Assembly (NCBI GenBank): GCA_051294375.1
Contig: CM119266.1
Location: 3,515,098-3,579,097 of the forward strand
Length of the DNA stretch: 64,000 nt
Direction: 5' to 3'
Source of the DNA: Paraspadella gotoi
Lineage: Eukaryota > Animalia > Chaetognatha
This document shows, in pieces, positions 1 to 13,800 of the stretch. The translations under genes and the position numbers were made by a program. Under the pieces are notes generated by a model, which worked only from the letters and a program-made list of their open reading frames with translations, had not been told where the DNA came from and made no database searches. Each line of letters begins with the position of its first letter. The first letter of the stretch is position 1.

Positions 1-3000
1 AAAGAATATGAATGTTTATTATGAAATGTTTATGCAAGTAAACTGGAATGGAATAAAATGGAACGGCATGACATAGATTGACACAGAAAAGAAAAAAGGA
101 ATAGAGTATGACATGACAGAGAGAGAGAGAGAGGAGAGCGAGATGAGATGAGAGGAGAGAGAGAGAGAGAGAAGGAGAAGAGAGAGAGAGAGTAACGAGA
201 GAAGAGAAAAAATTAGAAAGCGCTTCTTTTATTTTCTGGCAGTTGAGATTTTACTTCTCCATTCACTTTGTTTTTTTTTATTCATCCCACACGCTCGTGC
301 GCCCCCTCTCCCGACCCCCTTCGGCGAGATTATCCCCTCCTCCCATTTTTGACCTTTTTTATGTTTTCCATTTCTCTCAATTTCTTTTCTCCTCCATCTT
401 TCTATTTTTTTCTTTTTTTTCATCTTTCTATTTTTCTCCTTTTGCTTTTCCATCTTTTTCCCGCCTCCTTTTTTCTCTTCCTTTGTTCTTTTGTCTTTTT
501 TCATTTTCCCTTCCAAATATTTTCTTCTTTTTCTTTTTTTTTCTTTTTTTTCTTTTCTTTTTCTTTTTCTTTTTTTTTTTTCTTTTCTTTTCTATTTTCT
601 TTTCTCTCTCGACGGAAAACATTTTGACCACCAAAGAGAAACATCGAATGCGGTCGCTAATGACGCTGGGAATGATGATGATGATGATGATGGTGATGAT
701 GGTGATGATGATGATGATTGTGATGATGATTATGATGGTGATAAAAATTACGAGAGCGATGATGATGATGATTATGATGAAGGAGAAGGAAGAGGAAGAG
801 CAGAAGGAAGAGGAAGAGAAGGAAGAGGAGGAGGAGAAGGAATAGGAGGAGGAGAAGGAAGAGGAGGAGGAGAAGGAAGAGGAGGAGGCGAGGGAGGACA
901 AAACCTAAATGGCATATAGAGACGCAAATTTCCGACTCCAGTGAAACTAAAGAGGAGTTAGGAAGCGAGGACGGAAGGAGGAGGAGAGCAGGAGAGGGAG
1001 GAGGAAGAGGAGGGAGTAAATCTGTTTTATTTCACAGAAAAAAAAAACCAAAAAAAATCGAGAAATTGAAAAACATTTTCTCTTTAGCTCGATTTCATGG
1101 ACCATCTCTCTCTCTCTGCTCCTCTCTCTCTCTCTTCGTCTCTCTCTCTCTCTCCTCTCTCTCTCTCTTCTTTCTGCTCTCATCATCCGTTCTTTCTCTC
1201 TCTCATTCTTCTTCTTTTCTTTCTCTCTTTTATTTACATTTCTTTTACACAAAATTCAGATAGCTTTCAGAAATTTACTAGTACTTATCGTTTAATTTTA
1301 CAAAATTTATGAAGTATCTCATGCGAACATTAGTATTCATATAATAACTCATCAAAAAATTACATTTATTGTAAAATTTTACTTTTCAAATTCGTTTAAT
1401 TAATGTTCAAGAGCAAAAAACCGTCGCAAGGTATTTATATAAATCCATTTAAGAGAATTTAGATGGAGTGTTTGAGATTCTTTCTATTTCTAGAATATTA
1501 TTAATTTAATTAATTGGTTTAAATGCTGCTGCTAGTCGCTGACTTAGGACCGCAACTTCCTTGATATATTTAAAAGTGATAATTTGGACAGAAATGATAA
1601 TGTATATGGACAAAATTAGTTTAAGGGTCCAAATTGATAGATCTAACACGGACCCCAAAAAATCGCTCTTCTAGGTTGAGGAATGGAGATAAAGTGACGA
1701 TAAAATGATAAGCGCTTCTTTTTGGGTTTCTGCTCCAATTGGCAGGAATTTGGGGTCAGATTTGGCTAGGAATTTGAGGGAATAAAAAAAACCTTACGAA
1801 TTATTTTCGGAAAAGTATGAATAGCAAGGAGTAGCAAGGGACCTGGCAGGATGCACTCCTGATGGTGGTAATCCACGGGATTTTCCCATATGCTAGGATT
1901 GTTATATATTTGGCAGGTAACGGTTTTTTTTTTTTTGAATTTGGTCTTTGTCAGGGAGCTTTTTTTACAGTAACAGGGATTACAGCTCCTGGCATGGAAT
2001 TGAAAACACAAGAAAAGAATTTGGTAAAATTCTTATTAGTCAGGATTTTTTTTGATCTTAAGCATGGCACGGATTATATTGTCAGTTGGGCAAGGCACCT
2101 ATTTTTAACTGAAAAAAAATATATTAAAGGGGATTTTCATGGCAGGAATGACTTTTTGCTTGGGCAGGAAAGCATCATTTTCAAAAAAAACAAGAAATCG
2201 CAAGGAAATCTTTATTAGCAGGATTTTTTTCTCACAGCAGGATTAAATTTCTGTTGGCTAGGACTTTATTTTACTTAAAAAATATTAAAGGGGGGATTTT
2301 TGCCATTGTGCAGGGAAAATGATTTTTTTGTTAGGCGAGGAACAGTCCATTTTTTCCTAAACAAATCTTTAGGTAATCTTTTTTGTTGGGCAGGTATTAT
2401 TTTTCTGCAGCAGCAGGNNNNNNNNNNNNNNNNNNNNNNNNNAGAGAGAGATATAAATTATTTAAGGGTCAATAATTGAAGATCTAACACGGACCCCAAA
2501 AATCTTTAGTTGAGGAATGAATAAAGTGACGATAAAATATAAGCCTTTTTTTGAACGATGTATGATTGAGACAAAGTCTTAGATAAGCAAACAAAAGCAG
2601 GAGGTTCCCACGACTCTTCCATCTCTCTCTCTCTCTCTCTTCTCTATCTTAGTCCTCCGTTGGCTCCGAGATGAGTGCTGGCCCGCTAGCTTTTCACCAG
2701 TTCTTCTCTCTCTCTCTCCTTCTTCCTTTCTCGGGGGCCGCAGAGGAATTCTTATCCTTGGGAGATCGACGAGCGCCTGCTGTTGATTCCCTTCTCTCTC
2801 TATCTCTCTTCTCTCTCCTCTCTCTCTCGCGTCTTCTGCTCCAATCTCGTCTCTCTCTGCGGGTGCTCTCCTCTTCCTTCGTCTTCTCGCGTTCCTTCCT
2901 CATCTCCTTTTTTCTGCTCTCTCTTTTTGTTTAGTTCTCAAAGATCCCTATCCTCGATGTTTCGGAAGGCTGAAAGGAGAATAAAGTTTATGAACTGGAA

Positions 3001-3606
3001 GAAATAAAGGATAACAGAAATCGTGGTAATGACGACGACGATTGACGCGAGCGAGACGACACGATCGAAAACCGATGATGACAACGGTTAATCAATATCG
3101 ACGATGATGACAGCCGTTGCTACTGACGAAGAATGAACAACGACCACAGGGAGAACGATTCGATGACAGCCGACCAAGAAAGATTGTGGTGAATTCTATC
3201 CTAAAGGTATGACAGCCGAAGTCGTTATGCTGACAAAGAGCAGAAGCAGTAATGATGACTAATCGAATAGTCGAGCCCGACAGAGTTCACTGAATTTTCT
3301 CTTTCGAATACCCGTTTTGTCATTAAAGAGTTAAACTGAAGGTAATCAATTGTTTAAGAACTAAAATCCTTCGCTTTAATTGAACCCAAATTTGACTCAG
3401 AATATTTTTAAAAAAATTTCGCTAATTTTTAATACTTTTTCTTTAAATTTTTTTTTAAAAAACTTTTTTAAGTTCGTCTCTAAAAATTTGGAAGAAAAAA
3501 AAACCTTTTTTTTCCTCCCAATAATAATCAGCGAACATCAATAGAAGTCATTTCTTCCCTCATTAACTAATTGTTTCTCACCTACGACCATAATTTTTGT
3601 TAACCG

Positions 3607-3644
<38 letters not shown>

Positions 3645-3879
3645 NNNNNNNNNNNNNNNNNNNNNNNNNNNNNNNNNNNNNNNNNNNNNNNNNNNNNNNN
3701 NNNNNNNNNNNNNNNNNNNNNNNNNNNNNNNNNNNNNNNNNNNNNNNNNNNNNNNNNNNNNNNNNNNNNNNNNNNNNNNNNNNNNNNNNNNNNNNNNNNN
3801 NNNNNNNNNNNNNNNNNNNNNNNNNNNNNNNNNNNNNNNNNNNNNNNNNNNNNNNNNNNNNNNNNNNNNNNNNNNNNNN

Positions 3880-3912
<33 letters not shown>

Positions 3913-3984
3913 ACGAATGCCGCCTTCAAAAAAGAGGCTGGCACCGCAACTCAGAAGCTCAGGCGGTGGCGGTTCCAAAGTGGA

Positions 3985-4473
3985 GAAAGTAAAGAGAAGA
4001 AAGAAGGGAAAAATAGAAAAGTAAAGAGAAGAAAGAAGGGAAAAATAGAAAAGTAAATAGAAGAAAGAAGGGAAGATAGAAAAGTAAAGAGAAGAAAGAA
4101 TGGAAAGATAAAAAAGAAAATAGAACAAAGAAGGGAAGATAGAAAAGTAAAGAGAAGAAAGAAGGGAAAGATAGAAAAGAAAATAGAACAAAGAAGGGAA
4201 GATAGAAANNNNNNNNNNNNNNNNNNNNNNNNNNNNNNNNNNNNNNNNNNNNNNNNNNNNNNNNNNNNNNNNNNNNNNNNNNNNNNNNNNNNNNNNNNNN
4301 NNNNNNNNNNNNNNNNNNNNNNNNNNNNNNNNNNNNNNNNNNNNNNNNNNNNNNNNNNNNNNNNNNNNNNNNNNNNNNNNNNNNNNNNNNNNNNNNNNNN
4401 NNNNNNNNNNNNNNNNNNNNNNNNNNNNNNNNNNNNAAAGATAGAAAAGAAAAGAGAAGAAAGAAGGGAAAGA
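3985..4473. repeat. ~32-bp purine-rich minisatellite (AAAGTAAAGAGAAGAAAGAAGGGAAAAATAGA)n spanning a gap
   Basis: Tandem copies at 3985-4208, resuming after the N run. Confidence 0.8.
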
Positions 4474-5261
4474 TAGTTTGTAATGATGTTGCGTAGGAAA
4501 TTCAATTGTTTGGATGTAAAATAATAAATCGGAAATGAATTACAAAAACACTGTATAGTATACACTATACAGTGTATACGTTTTCAGTTTGATTAATTTT
4601 TTTGGCTACAGATTTGAGTACAAGAAATCTTTTCAAAAACATCAGACGAGATATCGAGTTAATTGACAGAATTTAAAAGAAATAACTCTAAAATTTATTT
4701 AAAAACTAAAATTAAAAAAATAATAAAAAGTATTCATGGACCAAACTTGTCAACCGACCAACGGCCGTCGGTCTGTCTGTCGGTCGGTCTGTCGGTCGGT
4801 CCGTCGGTCCGTCGGTCCGTCAGTCTGTCGCTCGCGTCGGAACGAGTCAAAGGGCGGAATCTTTCTTCTAATCTGTCGCCCAATTTAATCAAGATTTTTT
4901 TTTCTCTTTTTAAAACTTTTTTTTTTTGATTAATGACTTTTTCATGACTACGAAAATCTTTGGGAGGCAACCGCGCGTTTTTTTTTGGGTCCTGCCTTCG
5001 TCGTCGTCGTCGTCGTCGTGAAAGTTGTCAGGATCATCTTTCTTTAAGGTGAAGAAATACGTAGGAAAGATCGAGAGACAAAAAAAAAATAAAAGATAAA
5101 AAATAAAGAATGACAGAATGTCCCTCAGAAAAAAATCAATTAATTTTGTCATCATTATTTCCTGATAAGTTCTTGACTTTGCCATCGTCATCATAGTCGT
5201 CGTCGTCGTCGTCTTCGTCTCCGCCTTCGACGTCATCATCATCATCATCATCATCATCATT

Positions 5262-5309
<48 letters not shown>

Positions 5310-5870
5310 TCAACCCTTTTGATCCAAGATTCGATTCAAAAGAAAATTGATTCTCTAAAAAAAAAATAACAGAAANNNNNNNNNNAGGAAAATTACTCAT
5401 CTTCTGTTTTAATTTTCTCCTCGACTGATGTCATCTTTTATGGTTGACGTCGTCGTCGTCGTCGACTGGTCGATATGCTTCAGACATACTTGACTAAATA
5501 TAGGCAATGTAATTTCCCGTGCAAGCTTTCTTGTGACATTGTCGTCGTCATCTTCTTCGTCGTCGACGAAATCACGTTATTAATGGGGGGAGACTAACTC
5601 AGTAAGGTGGTTAAGAAATTTGAATTAAGCACCTGCTCAAACGAAAATTTAGACTAAAGTTTTGAACCCCCGCCCCTATTGAATTTAATTTCATAGTAGA
5701 TTTCTATTATTAATAATCTGGAGAGACACGCCCACGTCTTAAATGATTTCATCAGCGCAGTAGCTACTACTTACTCGGCTTACTCAGCGTACAGTGTACA
5801 GTGCCGTACACTCCTTCGTGACGTCCTTGACGCTTTCGTCGTCGTCATTATTGTCGCTATCGTCGTCGTT

Positions 5871-5905
<35 letters not shown>

Positions 5906-6037
5906 CTCCGCTACTAAGGTCATATTCGTTTTATGCGGAAGACGAAAGTTTTTCTTCTGGGTCGAGTTAGTGTCGTTGTCGAAAAGGCGACGAGAGGGAA
6001 AAATCGGGAGGAAGGAAAGATAGAAAGAGAGAAAGAG

Positions 6038-6084
<47 letters not shown>

Positions 6085-6085
6085 G

Positions 6086-6116
<31 letters not shown>

Positions 6117-6643
6117 GAGAAAGGAAAGAATGAAGAAAAGAAAGAGCTAAAGAGAGAAAGAAAAAAATGAGTGAAAGAGAAATGGAAAGAATCAAAGTTA
6201 ATAAAATAAATGAGTCAACTTCTAAAGAAAAAGAAATAAAAAACATTTTCCCCGAATTTCTCTTCACTGAAAAACTCGAACTTTTTGATCCCAAATTTAG
6301 GACAATTTTCTGATTTTCTCCCCAAATTCGTTTTTCATCTGGAAATTCTTTTCTGGAGAAAATCGACGTCGTCAGCGACATCTGGGTCGAGTTCCTCTTT
6401 GTCAAAAGTTTCACCCGCGTCTCTTGAAAAACGAAGCCACCAACAACGTAATTTGTTCAGTTTTAAAAAAATTATGTAAAGTTTAATCTTTAGAGTTTTT
6501 TCTCCACAGAGGATGAGTCTCTCTGACAATTAACTGCCTTTCAAAATTTCCATCGTCGAACCTTAAATCTTCATGACTCAAATAAAATTACTCGCGGTTG
6601 ACAGAAATACTATAAATTGATCAATAACGAATTTCTACGTAAC

Positions 6644-6679
<36 letters not shown>

Positions 6680-7192
6680 GTCTATCAGAGTGAGACTCGT
6701 AATTTAATAAAAACGACGCACAACGACATTTTAAATGACGCGTCATTCAATAAATAAAATTTTAAATCTATAAATCAATGAATCAATTCGCTGTAAATCA
6801 ACCGAACGCGTAAATCCTTCACATAAATTCTTCCATCATGAACACCTTTTTATATGGCAATTATTCAATCGGTTTATATAACTTTAAATCAATCTATATA
6901 AATTCTTAGACTTCGTGGTTAGTTAATGTCCAAGTGATCTTGACGCCGTTCCTAATTTTATTTTCTTCAAAATTTAGTCATAAACCGTTTTTCAATTCAT
7001 TCAATTACATTTCTGGTTCATTCATTCGTTCATTCATTCATTCGTTCATTGGTTATTTTATTCATTCATTCAAAGCTTCTTCAAAAAATTTATCAATATA
7101 ATAAATAATTAACATATACTAGCAAAACCATCAATTCAACAATCAATTCACCCCAACGACCAATCAATCAAACAGCCAATCAAAAAACTCAC

Positions 7193-8532
7193 CATAGTGT
7201 TGATTGTCAAAGTAGGCGGCGCCAGCGACTTCGTTCAACGCGAAGGGAAGCCGAGGAGGAGCAAGATGAGGATGATGATGATGATGGTGAGGGGGAGGAG
7301 GAAGAGGTGGAGGAGGAGGCGCGGGAGGAGGAGGGGGCGGCTCTAAATGGACGGTGGAAGCGTTTGGACCGTCGTAGAATTCTGTAGGGAGACCATCTAG
7401 TTCGTTGAATAGACTGATAGATAGATGGCCAAATAGCGGGACAGATATGATGAAAGCAGGCAGACAGACACTCAGTAGACAGACATACTGTCTGGCCAGA
7501 CAGACTGACAGGCGACGAACTAACAGTCAGCCACAGGACATATAAACAGGCATAGAGACTTAAACAGAGAAGAAAAACAACCGGCCCGAAAGATAAGCAG
7601 GCAAAAAACTCGACTAATTGACCAAGCATAAGCAAGAAGAATAACATATTGGTAGGACGAATTTCACACAGTTCGACTGACCCGCAGGCTTCGCCTCCAT
7701 CACACCTTCTCCCCCACTCACCGCTTGCCCCCGACGCCCCCGATATTCCGGAGGCGGCGGATGACCCCGAGGAGGCGTGGCTGGCGGCGGAAGATCCGCC
7801 GCCCAGAGAGAAGGTGGAACCAGAAGTAAGAAGAGAGGAAGAAACGACGCCGAGTCCGCGACTCCGTTTCGATTCCGCGCGATCGAGGCTGAGCGATCTG
7901 GATTGGTCGGGAAAAAAAGGAGGGAAAGGATTTGATTNNNNNNNNNNTCTGGATTGGTCGGGATAAAAAGGAGGGAAAGGATTTGATTGGTCGGGATGAA
8001 ATTGAAGAAGGAATCTGATTCGTCGGGATAGAAAGAGGGAGGAATCTGATTGGACGAGATAGAAAGAGGGTCGGGAAAAAATTAAGATCAGATTGATCGT
8101 CTGAGAAAATATTCGATTCTTTCATTGATTACTTTAGCTACTAATTAAATAGTTAATGAATTAATTGATTGAGTATATTTAAAAAGAAAGCTCGACCAAT
8201 CTCGAGTGATTGCCCGATTTATTGCTTGTTTTTTTCCACCTGGTGACCCGAAGACGTCGTGCGCCGACAGGAATCCGGCGACTCGTTGCGTGATTGACTT
8301 CGAAGTCGTGATCGCGTTGATGGTGATTCGGATTGTGACCTTGAGCGCCGCCTGATCGTAGGGGGGGGGGTTATCATCGTCATCTTCGTCATTATCGACA
8401 TCTTCATTAACATTATCAACCTCATAGTAACATTATCATTAACATTATCATTAACATTATCATCGTCATAGTAATCATGAACTTTGTCATCGTTATTATT
8501 TTGAGCCACATCCGGTTCAACATTTAGAATCT

Positions 8533-8594
<62 letters not shown>

Positions 8595-9426
8595 CTCATC
8601 GGCACCACCCCCCCACCTCCCCCCTACCTCCCCCCTCTCACCTCTCAGCAAGACCCCCCCAACCGGTCCTGCACCCCAAGCTCCGAAAGGATTTCGTCCA
8701 GTCGAGAGGGTGGCGCCTCTGAAGGCAGAATCGCCCAGACCCTCGCTCACCCTGGAGGAAGGGGAAAAGAGTCAGCGCATTTGGTGATCGCATTTGGTGA
8801 TCGCATCGGGTGATCGGGTTAAGTGATTGCATCGAGTCATCTCATCTCGAGGTCGCATGTTACGATTGCGCAGTCTCGATATTGAAATGTTTAAAATGCG
8901 ATTTGTCATATAGACAATTAGACATATCTTTTTATTTAATCTTACAATATATTATTATGCACATGTAGTTAGATTCCAACATTAAATAATAAATTTTGAA
9001 TCGCTCGGCTGTCTGCACCTGCCCGTCTCGTCTCGGCACCTGCTATCGTCCTGCTCGTCGCTGAGCGTCGTCGACGGCACCTCCGAGGAAGAGTCGTCCA
9101 TCGCGATACAGTTGGGGATCATCGCTTCGCTGAAATAAACGGGTTTTACTGTACCGTCTGAGCGGGAGACTGCTTTATTGTTGTGGAATTATGATTAAGT
9201 CTTGATTATTTGATATTTTTCAGAAACTGTGAAAAACTATTACGTCAGTCGTCCTCGGTAGTATAGTGGTAAGTATCCTCGCCGTCACGCGAGACCGGGG
9301 TTCGATTCCCCGCCGGGGAGTTCGTATTAATTTTATCAAAGAAACATATTTTATAAAATAATACCTATTTACTCACCCGGCCATCATTATTTCTTCTATT
9401 TCTTCGCGTAAGCTTTGTCGGTTTTT
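7193..9426 (-). CDS. Multi-exon gene of unknown function, low-complexity Ser/Pro/His/Asp-rich (partial; exons 9426-9377, 9129-9019, 8751-8240, 7897-7722, 7381-7193)
   Basis: GC-rich blocks bounded by polypyrimidine-AG acceptors and GT donors (three GTGAGT). Translation: KNRQSLREEIEEIMMAG|EAMIPNCIAMDDSSSEVPSTTLSDEQDDSR...|RSLSLDRAESKRSRGLG...SGASGAS|EFYDGPNASTVHLEPPPPPPAPPPPPLPPPPHHHHHHPHLAPPRLPFALNEVAGAAYFDNQHY. Phases are compatible except across exon 8751-8240, which has G-runs/(GAC)n and needs an indel. No recognisable domain; further exons downstream (<7.2 kb) are possible. Confidence 0.6.
9252..9320 (+). tRNA. tRNA-Asp(GTC), with ~3 bases missing (pseudogene or sequencing error)
   Basis: TCCTCGGTAGTATAGTGGTAAGTATCCTCGCC-GTCACGCGAGA--CCGGGGTTCGATTCCCCGCCGGGGAG closely matches metazoan tRNA-Asp. 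A and B boxes are intact; the T before the GTC anticodon and two variable-region bases are absent. Confidence 0.8.
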
Positions 9427-9881
9427 CTGAAAACAAAAAAAAACAAACAATATGGTTTAAAACTTAAAATTAACAATATTTATAAGAACTTGATGAGTGT
9501 CAACGTCAAACAGCGATAACTTTATTTCGAACAAAAGGCAAAGCAATTTGAGTAATAACAGAATAAACGAAGAGAGGTCGCTGTTGATTAGAAGGTTCGG
9601 GTTAAAAAAACAAAAGATAGAAAAGCAACGGATTTGAAATTCATGGATGATTGAAAAATCGTATGCAGTATTAATATAATTTTAAATAATAACAAAGTTG
9701 AAAACAGCTACGGAAGAATCAATATCAAGATGTTCTAAAAACTTATATCTAATGATTGAACGTACAATAACCGTGTAAACATAAAAAATCTAAATTCGAA
9801 TTTCGACCAAAAATATTCTCGCTTAAGCAACGATTGTTAAGAAATAAAAATTATAAAATTAGGCGGAATCAAGTAAAAAAT

Positions 9882-10468
9882 ATGGAAAGTAGAAAAAAGA
9901 GGCGTTTGGTATTCTTTGTCGTCGTTGTCGTCGCCACCGTCGGATTTTTTGTTTGCAAACAAAAGAACGAGGATTCTCCCCTTTCTCTCTACATCAACAA
10001 CAGGAGGCAGAATTGTCGCAGTTTGTCTGGTGAGAACGATGCTCTTTTGTTTTCTTAAGTTTAAACAAATAAATAAATATAAATATATTAATTTAGCAAT
10101 ATATAAATATAATAGGTAAGTGTAATTAAAAATAAAGTGGGTTTGCATTATTAAGGTTGGAATTTTTCTCATAATTTAAAAATTAGTTTCATCGTTTGTT
10201 CAGAAAACTACCCAAGAGTCACCTGCTTGGTGCACGGAAACGAATGTAATAAAACGTGTTACGGGAATGCTTGGTGGTTGCGAGCTGCGTGCGGAGGTCA
10301 GTCTCGCCAAATTACGACTCAGAGACCAAAAGAATATCGACCAATAACCGACAAAACGACCAAATAACGTATTGACAGGATTCGTGAGGACAGCTTAAGT
10401 TATGGACGGTCAAAAACGGAGAGAGAAAAAGAGAGTGAAAATAACCAATGCGAGGCATAACATTTTAT

Positions 10469-10509
<41 letters not shown>

Positions 10510-10652
10510 CTTCAAACTCCCACACAGACGTCTCAACATGCGCGTCCATCAAGAACGTCAACGCGTCTTGCGTCTCTGTGGTTGTCATGGAAACGTGTCC
10601 AGTCACGTGCGGAGTCTGCGAGACGGGCGCCGGAAATTGTCTGTGGAAGTGA
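9882..10652 (+). CDS. Small signal-anchor/secreted cysteine-rich protein with a C-terminal ShKT (ShK toxin-like) domain, 121 aa; exons 9882-10029, 10204-10296, 10528-10652
   Basis: Two phase-1 GT-AG introns give an uninterrupted ORF: MESRKKRRLVFFVVVVVATVGFFVCKQKNEDSPLSLYINNRRQNCRSLS|ENYPRVTCLVHGNECNKTCYGNAWWLRAACG|DVSTCASIKNVNASCVSVVVMETCPVTCGVCETGAGNCLWK*. C-x-D-x3-C-x9-C-x8-CPVTCGVC is the six-Cys ShKT pattern. Confidence 0.8.
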
Positions 10653-11459
10653 GTGAGGGATGAAGGAAATTATCTATGAATTTGTCCGAGTGATAAATAC
10701 TAACCTCTGTGCCGATAATTGAGAGAATAATTGAGAGAAGGACTCATCAGTGAATGCGAGAGAGATTAAGAAAACTGTGAGACACTAAGATAAACATCCT
10801 TGGAAGAGGGTGGGCGATGCAGAAAACCGACTCTGTCTCTTTGTAGGTGACAATAAAGAGTCTTGAAATAACTCCATGGAAAATGGAAAGTCTTTCCTCG
10901 CTTGAATTCCTCACAGTGTCTTGTATGAATTATCTTTCTCGTTCACAGTGGAATCATCTGGTCTGCGCTGACTTCCTTCATCGCCGTCGCTTCGAGGCTC
11001 AAATTTTCACAGAAGAAAAAAGAAGAAAACTAAATTTTTTCTTTCTTTTTTTTCACTCTTCTGGTTTTGTTTATAATTAAAATGAGTGAAGGAAATAAAA
11101 AAACAAAACAAAATAAAACAGAATCGATCATCGGATGGACAATAAGACGTAAAAATTGAACACGACAATTTGACGTAACAATTAGACGTGACATTGAAAC
11201 AAATCGTTTTTTTTGTTTGCTTTTAATATGTTTGTTTATTTTTTATTGTTATTGTCTTTGTATTTCTTTGTATTTCTCAGTGTAAAAAAGGTTTCAGAAA
11301 AAGAAAATGATTTTTTATTAAAATTCGAAAAGTTTTTTTTGGTTTCGTCGATTCATCTACATCAAACTATCAAACCATCTTCTTCAAACTTCATCATCAA
11401 AGTTTTCGTTATTATTTTTTATTTCGATTATATTCAAAGTTTCAAACTCTCTCTCTGTA

Positions 11460-13800
11460 TGACACAATGAAAAATGGCGTAAAACGTTACTGTTCCGTGC
11501 ATAAAAAAAAATCACTATTCATATTATTATTTCTTTTTATTTTTTGAAAACGTTATAGTTTCATATGTTGAAATATCACAAAATAATCAATGCAAAATCT
11601 TTTTTTGTTTTTTAGATATGACTGAAATTAGGGTGAAAGATGATAATTTTTTTTTAAAAAGTTACTTATTCATATTTATTCATAGATTGGTATAAGAAAA
11701 AATAAAAAAAAATAATAGTAACTAATAGTATAGTGTTATGTCTCAAATAATGGAAAAAAAAACCTCATTTAAAAAAATTCGATCGGAAGTTGGGAACTAA
11801 GGCTTACCAATAGCATCCTCCACGCCAATTGTTCTCTCAAAAATAATTTTTTTATTTAATACATTTGAAAGGGAAAAAAAGAAAATTTGGAGTGCAGGTT
11901 GCAGAAAGAGTACAGATAGATCTGGAACTTATTGACATGATAAACCATGGACCTTTTATATCTTGGTGAATATGGGGGCAGTAAAGAAATCTAAAAATTT
12001 CATCATTAAGTCAGTCAATAACCCTTTCCAATGGGCTTATTACGAGAAATATTTTATCTAAATAAATAGATGAATTAATAATAGATTAAATTCGCTTGCT
12101 ATATTTAAAAAAAAATATCATAACAATTTAACACAATGATGTTTTGCTTTTGTCCTAATATGTTACCGAGCTATAATAATTTTTTTAACAACTTTATTAT
12201 GATAAACAAAGCAGTGTGGGTCAAGCTTTTAGTTTTGCAGTTAAAGATAATGAAAAATGACGATTTTTTTTGCACGAGACATAAGAAGATAGATAGTCCA
12301 GAATGTTTATATTTCAAGCTGAAAACAATTTTTTTATTTAATCACATTTTTTAATATTTTTGAAAATACATTTTATCACTAAGCAACATAAATTTTTGCT
12401 TAGTTTTTTTACTTTAACGAAAAATATAAGCAATTTTTATGGAATAACAAAAATTTTAATAATAAACAATACATGTAATTAGTCTTTCCTTTTTCATTAC
12501 AAAAGAAAAAGAAAAAAATTTCAATATGCCTTCATTGAAATTTTTAAAGCAAAAAAACTGTTTATACTTTTAACTCCTGATTTAAAACAAAGTGTGTAAA
12601 AGATTACTGGATTAATTTAATAAACTCTTTTAGAAGGTGTCCCATGATTAGGGCTTTAATAATTTGATACCAAAAAACATCCACCGTTGCTACCGATCTT
12701 TTTTTTCAAAAAGTTATTAAAAAAAATAACTTTTTTTAAATTAAGCAGTACTAAATCTTTGTTATAAAAAATTTCGGCAAAAGCGGGAGTATCTCACTTA
12801 TTTCTATTGGTCAATACTTAAATTTCCAAAATAAAACTTGAAGAAAATTTTTTGTCATTTAGAGACATAATCACTTTCAGATGTACCATGCGTTAATGAA
12901 TTTAATTTTATTTATTATTATTTCCCCCAAAAAGCCTAAATTCAGAAAAGTTAAAAAATTTTCATTCAAATTGTTGGAAAAAAAAAATTTCGTCCGACCT
13001 AATGCTCAATTGAGAAAATGGTTTTGCATAGAAAATCAAAATATCAAAAAAAATAAAAAAAATCAGCTCTAGAAAAAATCAAAAAGGCTAAGAGGCTGGA
13101 TTTTTTTAGATTGCAAATTTTTTCATGACTCATAATCCAAAATTAATTCTCAAAGTTTCAAAAATATTATTTTTCCAAAATCATTAAATGCAATTTTTTT
13201 TAATTAATTTAAAATGTTTTTATGATGTTGTTTTTGGTTTGAAAGAATTAAAAAAAGTAAAAATATAGTAATTATAAAAAGGTTTTCGAAAAAATACATT
13301 TAAAATATTAAATAATTAGACCACAAGGGGAGTAAGCAGAGAAACTTTCCCATTCATAAAGAAAAATTGAAAATGAATTTGCATATTTGTTATTTAGAAT
13401 TAATTGACTAATTACAAAACAAATGATTCATATAAATTGAGGAAATGATGGGTAAACAAATATTCCAAATCTTGGTCTCGGTTAACTATTAGGTTATCGT
13501 TAAAGTTTGTTTTAAATAATATTATATTTTTTTTTGCAATTTATTGAAAAGCAATGTCCTAAAAATTTTTGTAAGCATTTTCGAAGCTATATTGCTATCA
13601 TCTTTTTTTACTATTTTGATATAGGTTTAGCTTTTTGTTGATGGTCAAGGGTTATGGTCAGAACAGTAATGTCGCAGTAGTGTATATCGCACATATTACC
13701 AAAAAAGTAATGATCAATTAAATTTGCTCCAGAAAACAATTTTTAAAGGGAGCAAATTCAGCAGAGACCGTTTTCGCCCACGTTATTTTTCATTGTGTCG
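11460..13800. mobile_element. Non-autonomous TIR DNA transposon (~2.3 kb), TA-flanked
   Basis: Left end TA|TGACACAATGAAAAAT (11460-); right end ATTTTTCATTGTGTCG|TA (-13800). This is a 16-bp TIR with one C/T mismatch. The interior is very AT-rich, lacks the host's GA/GAC microsatellites, and has no recognisable transposase. Confidence 0.6.

Noticed and set aside
229-1312. Overlapping Met/Asp/Glu/Phe-rich ORFs at the window start, and poly-ER/SL ORFs throughout
   Set aside because: Translations of (GAT)n, (GA)n and T-rich tracts with no supportable exon chain or domain.
1605-2545. Direct repeats (1605-1717 / 2452-2545) as LTRs
   Set aside because: No TG...CA ends, PBS or TSD; the copies flank a gap and a noisy interval, consistent with overlap duplication.
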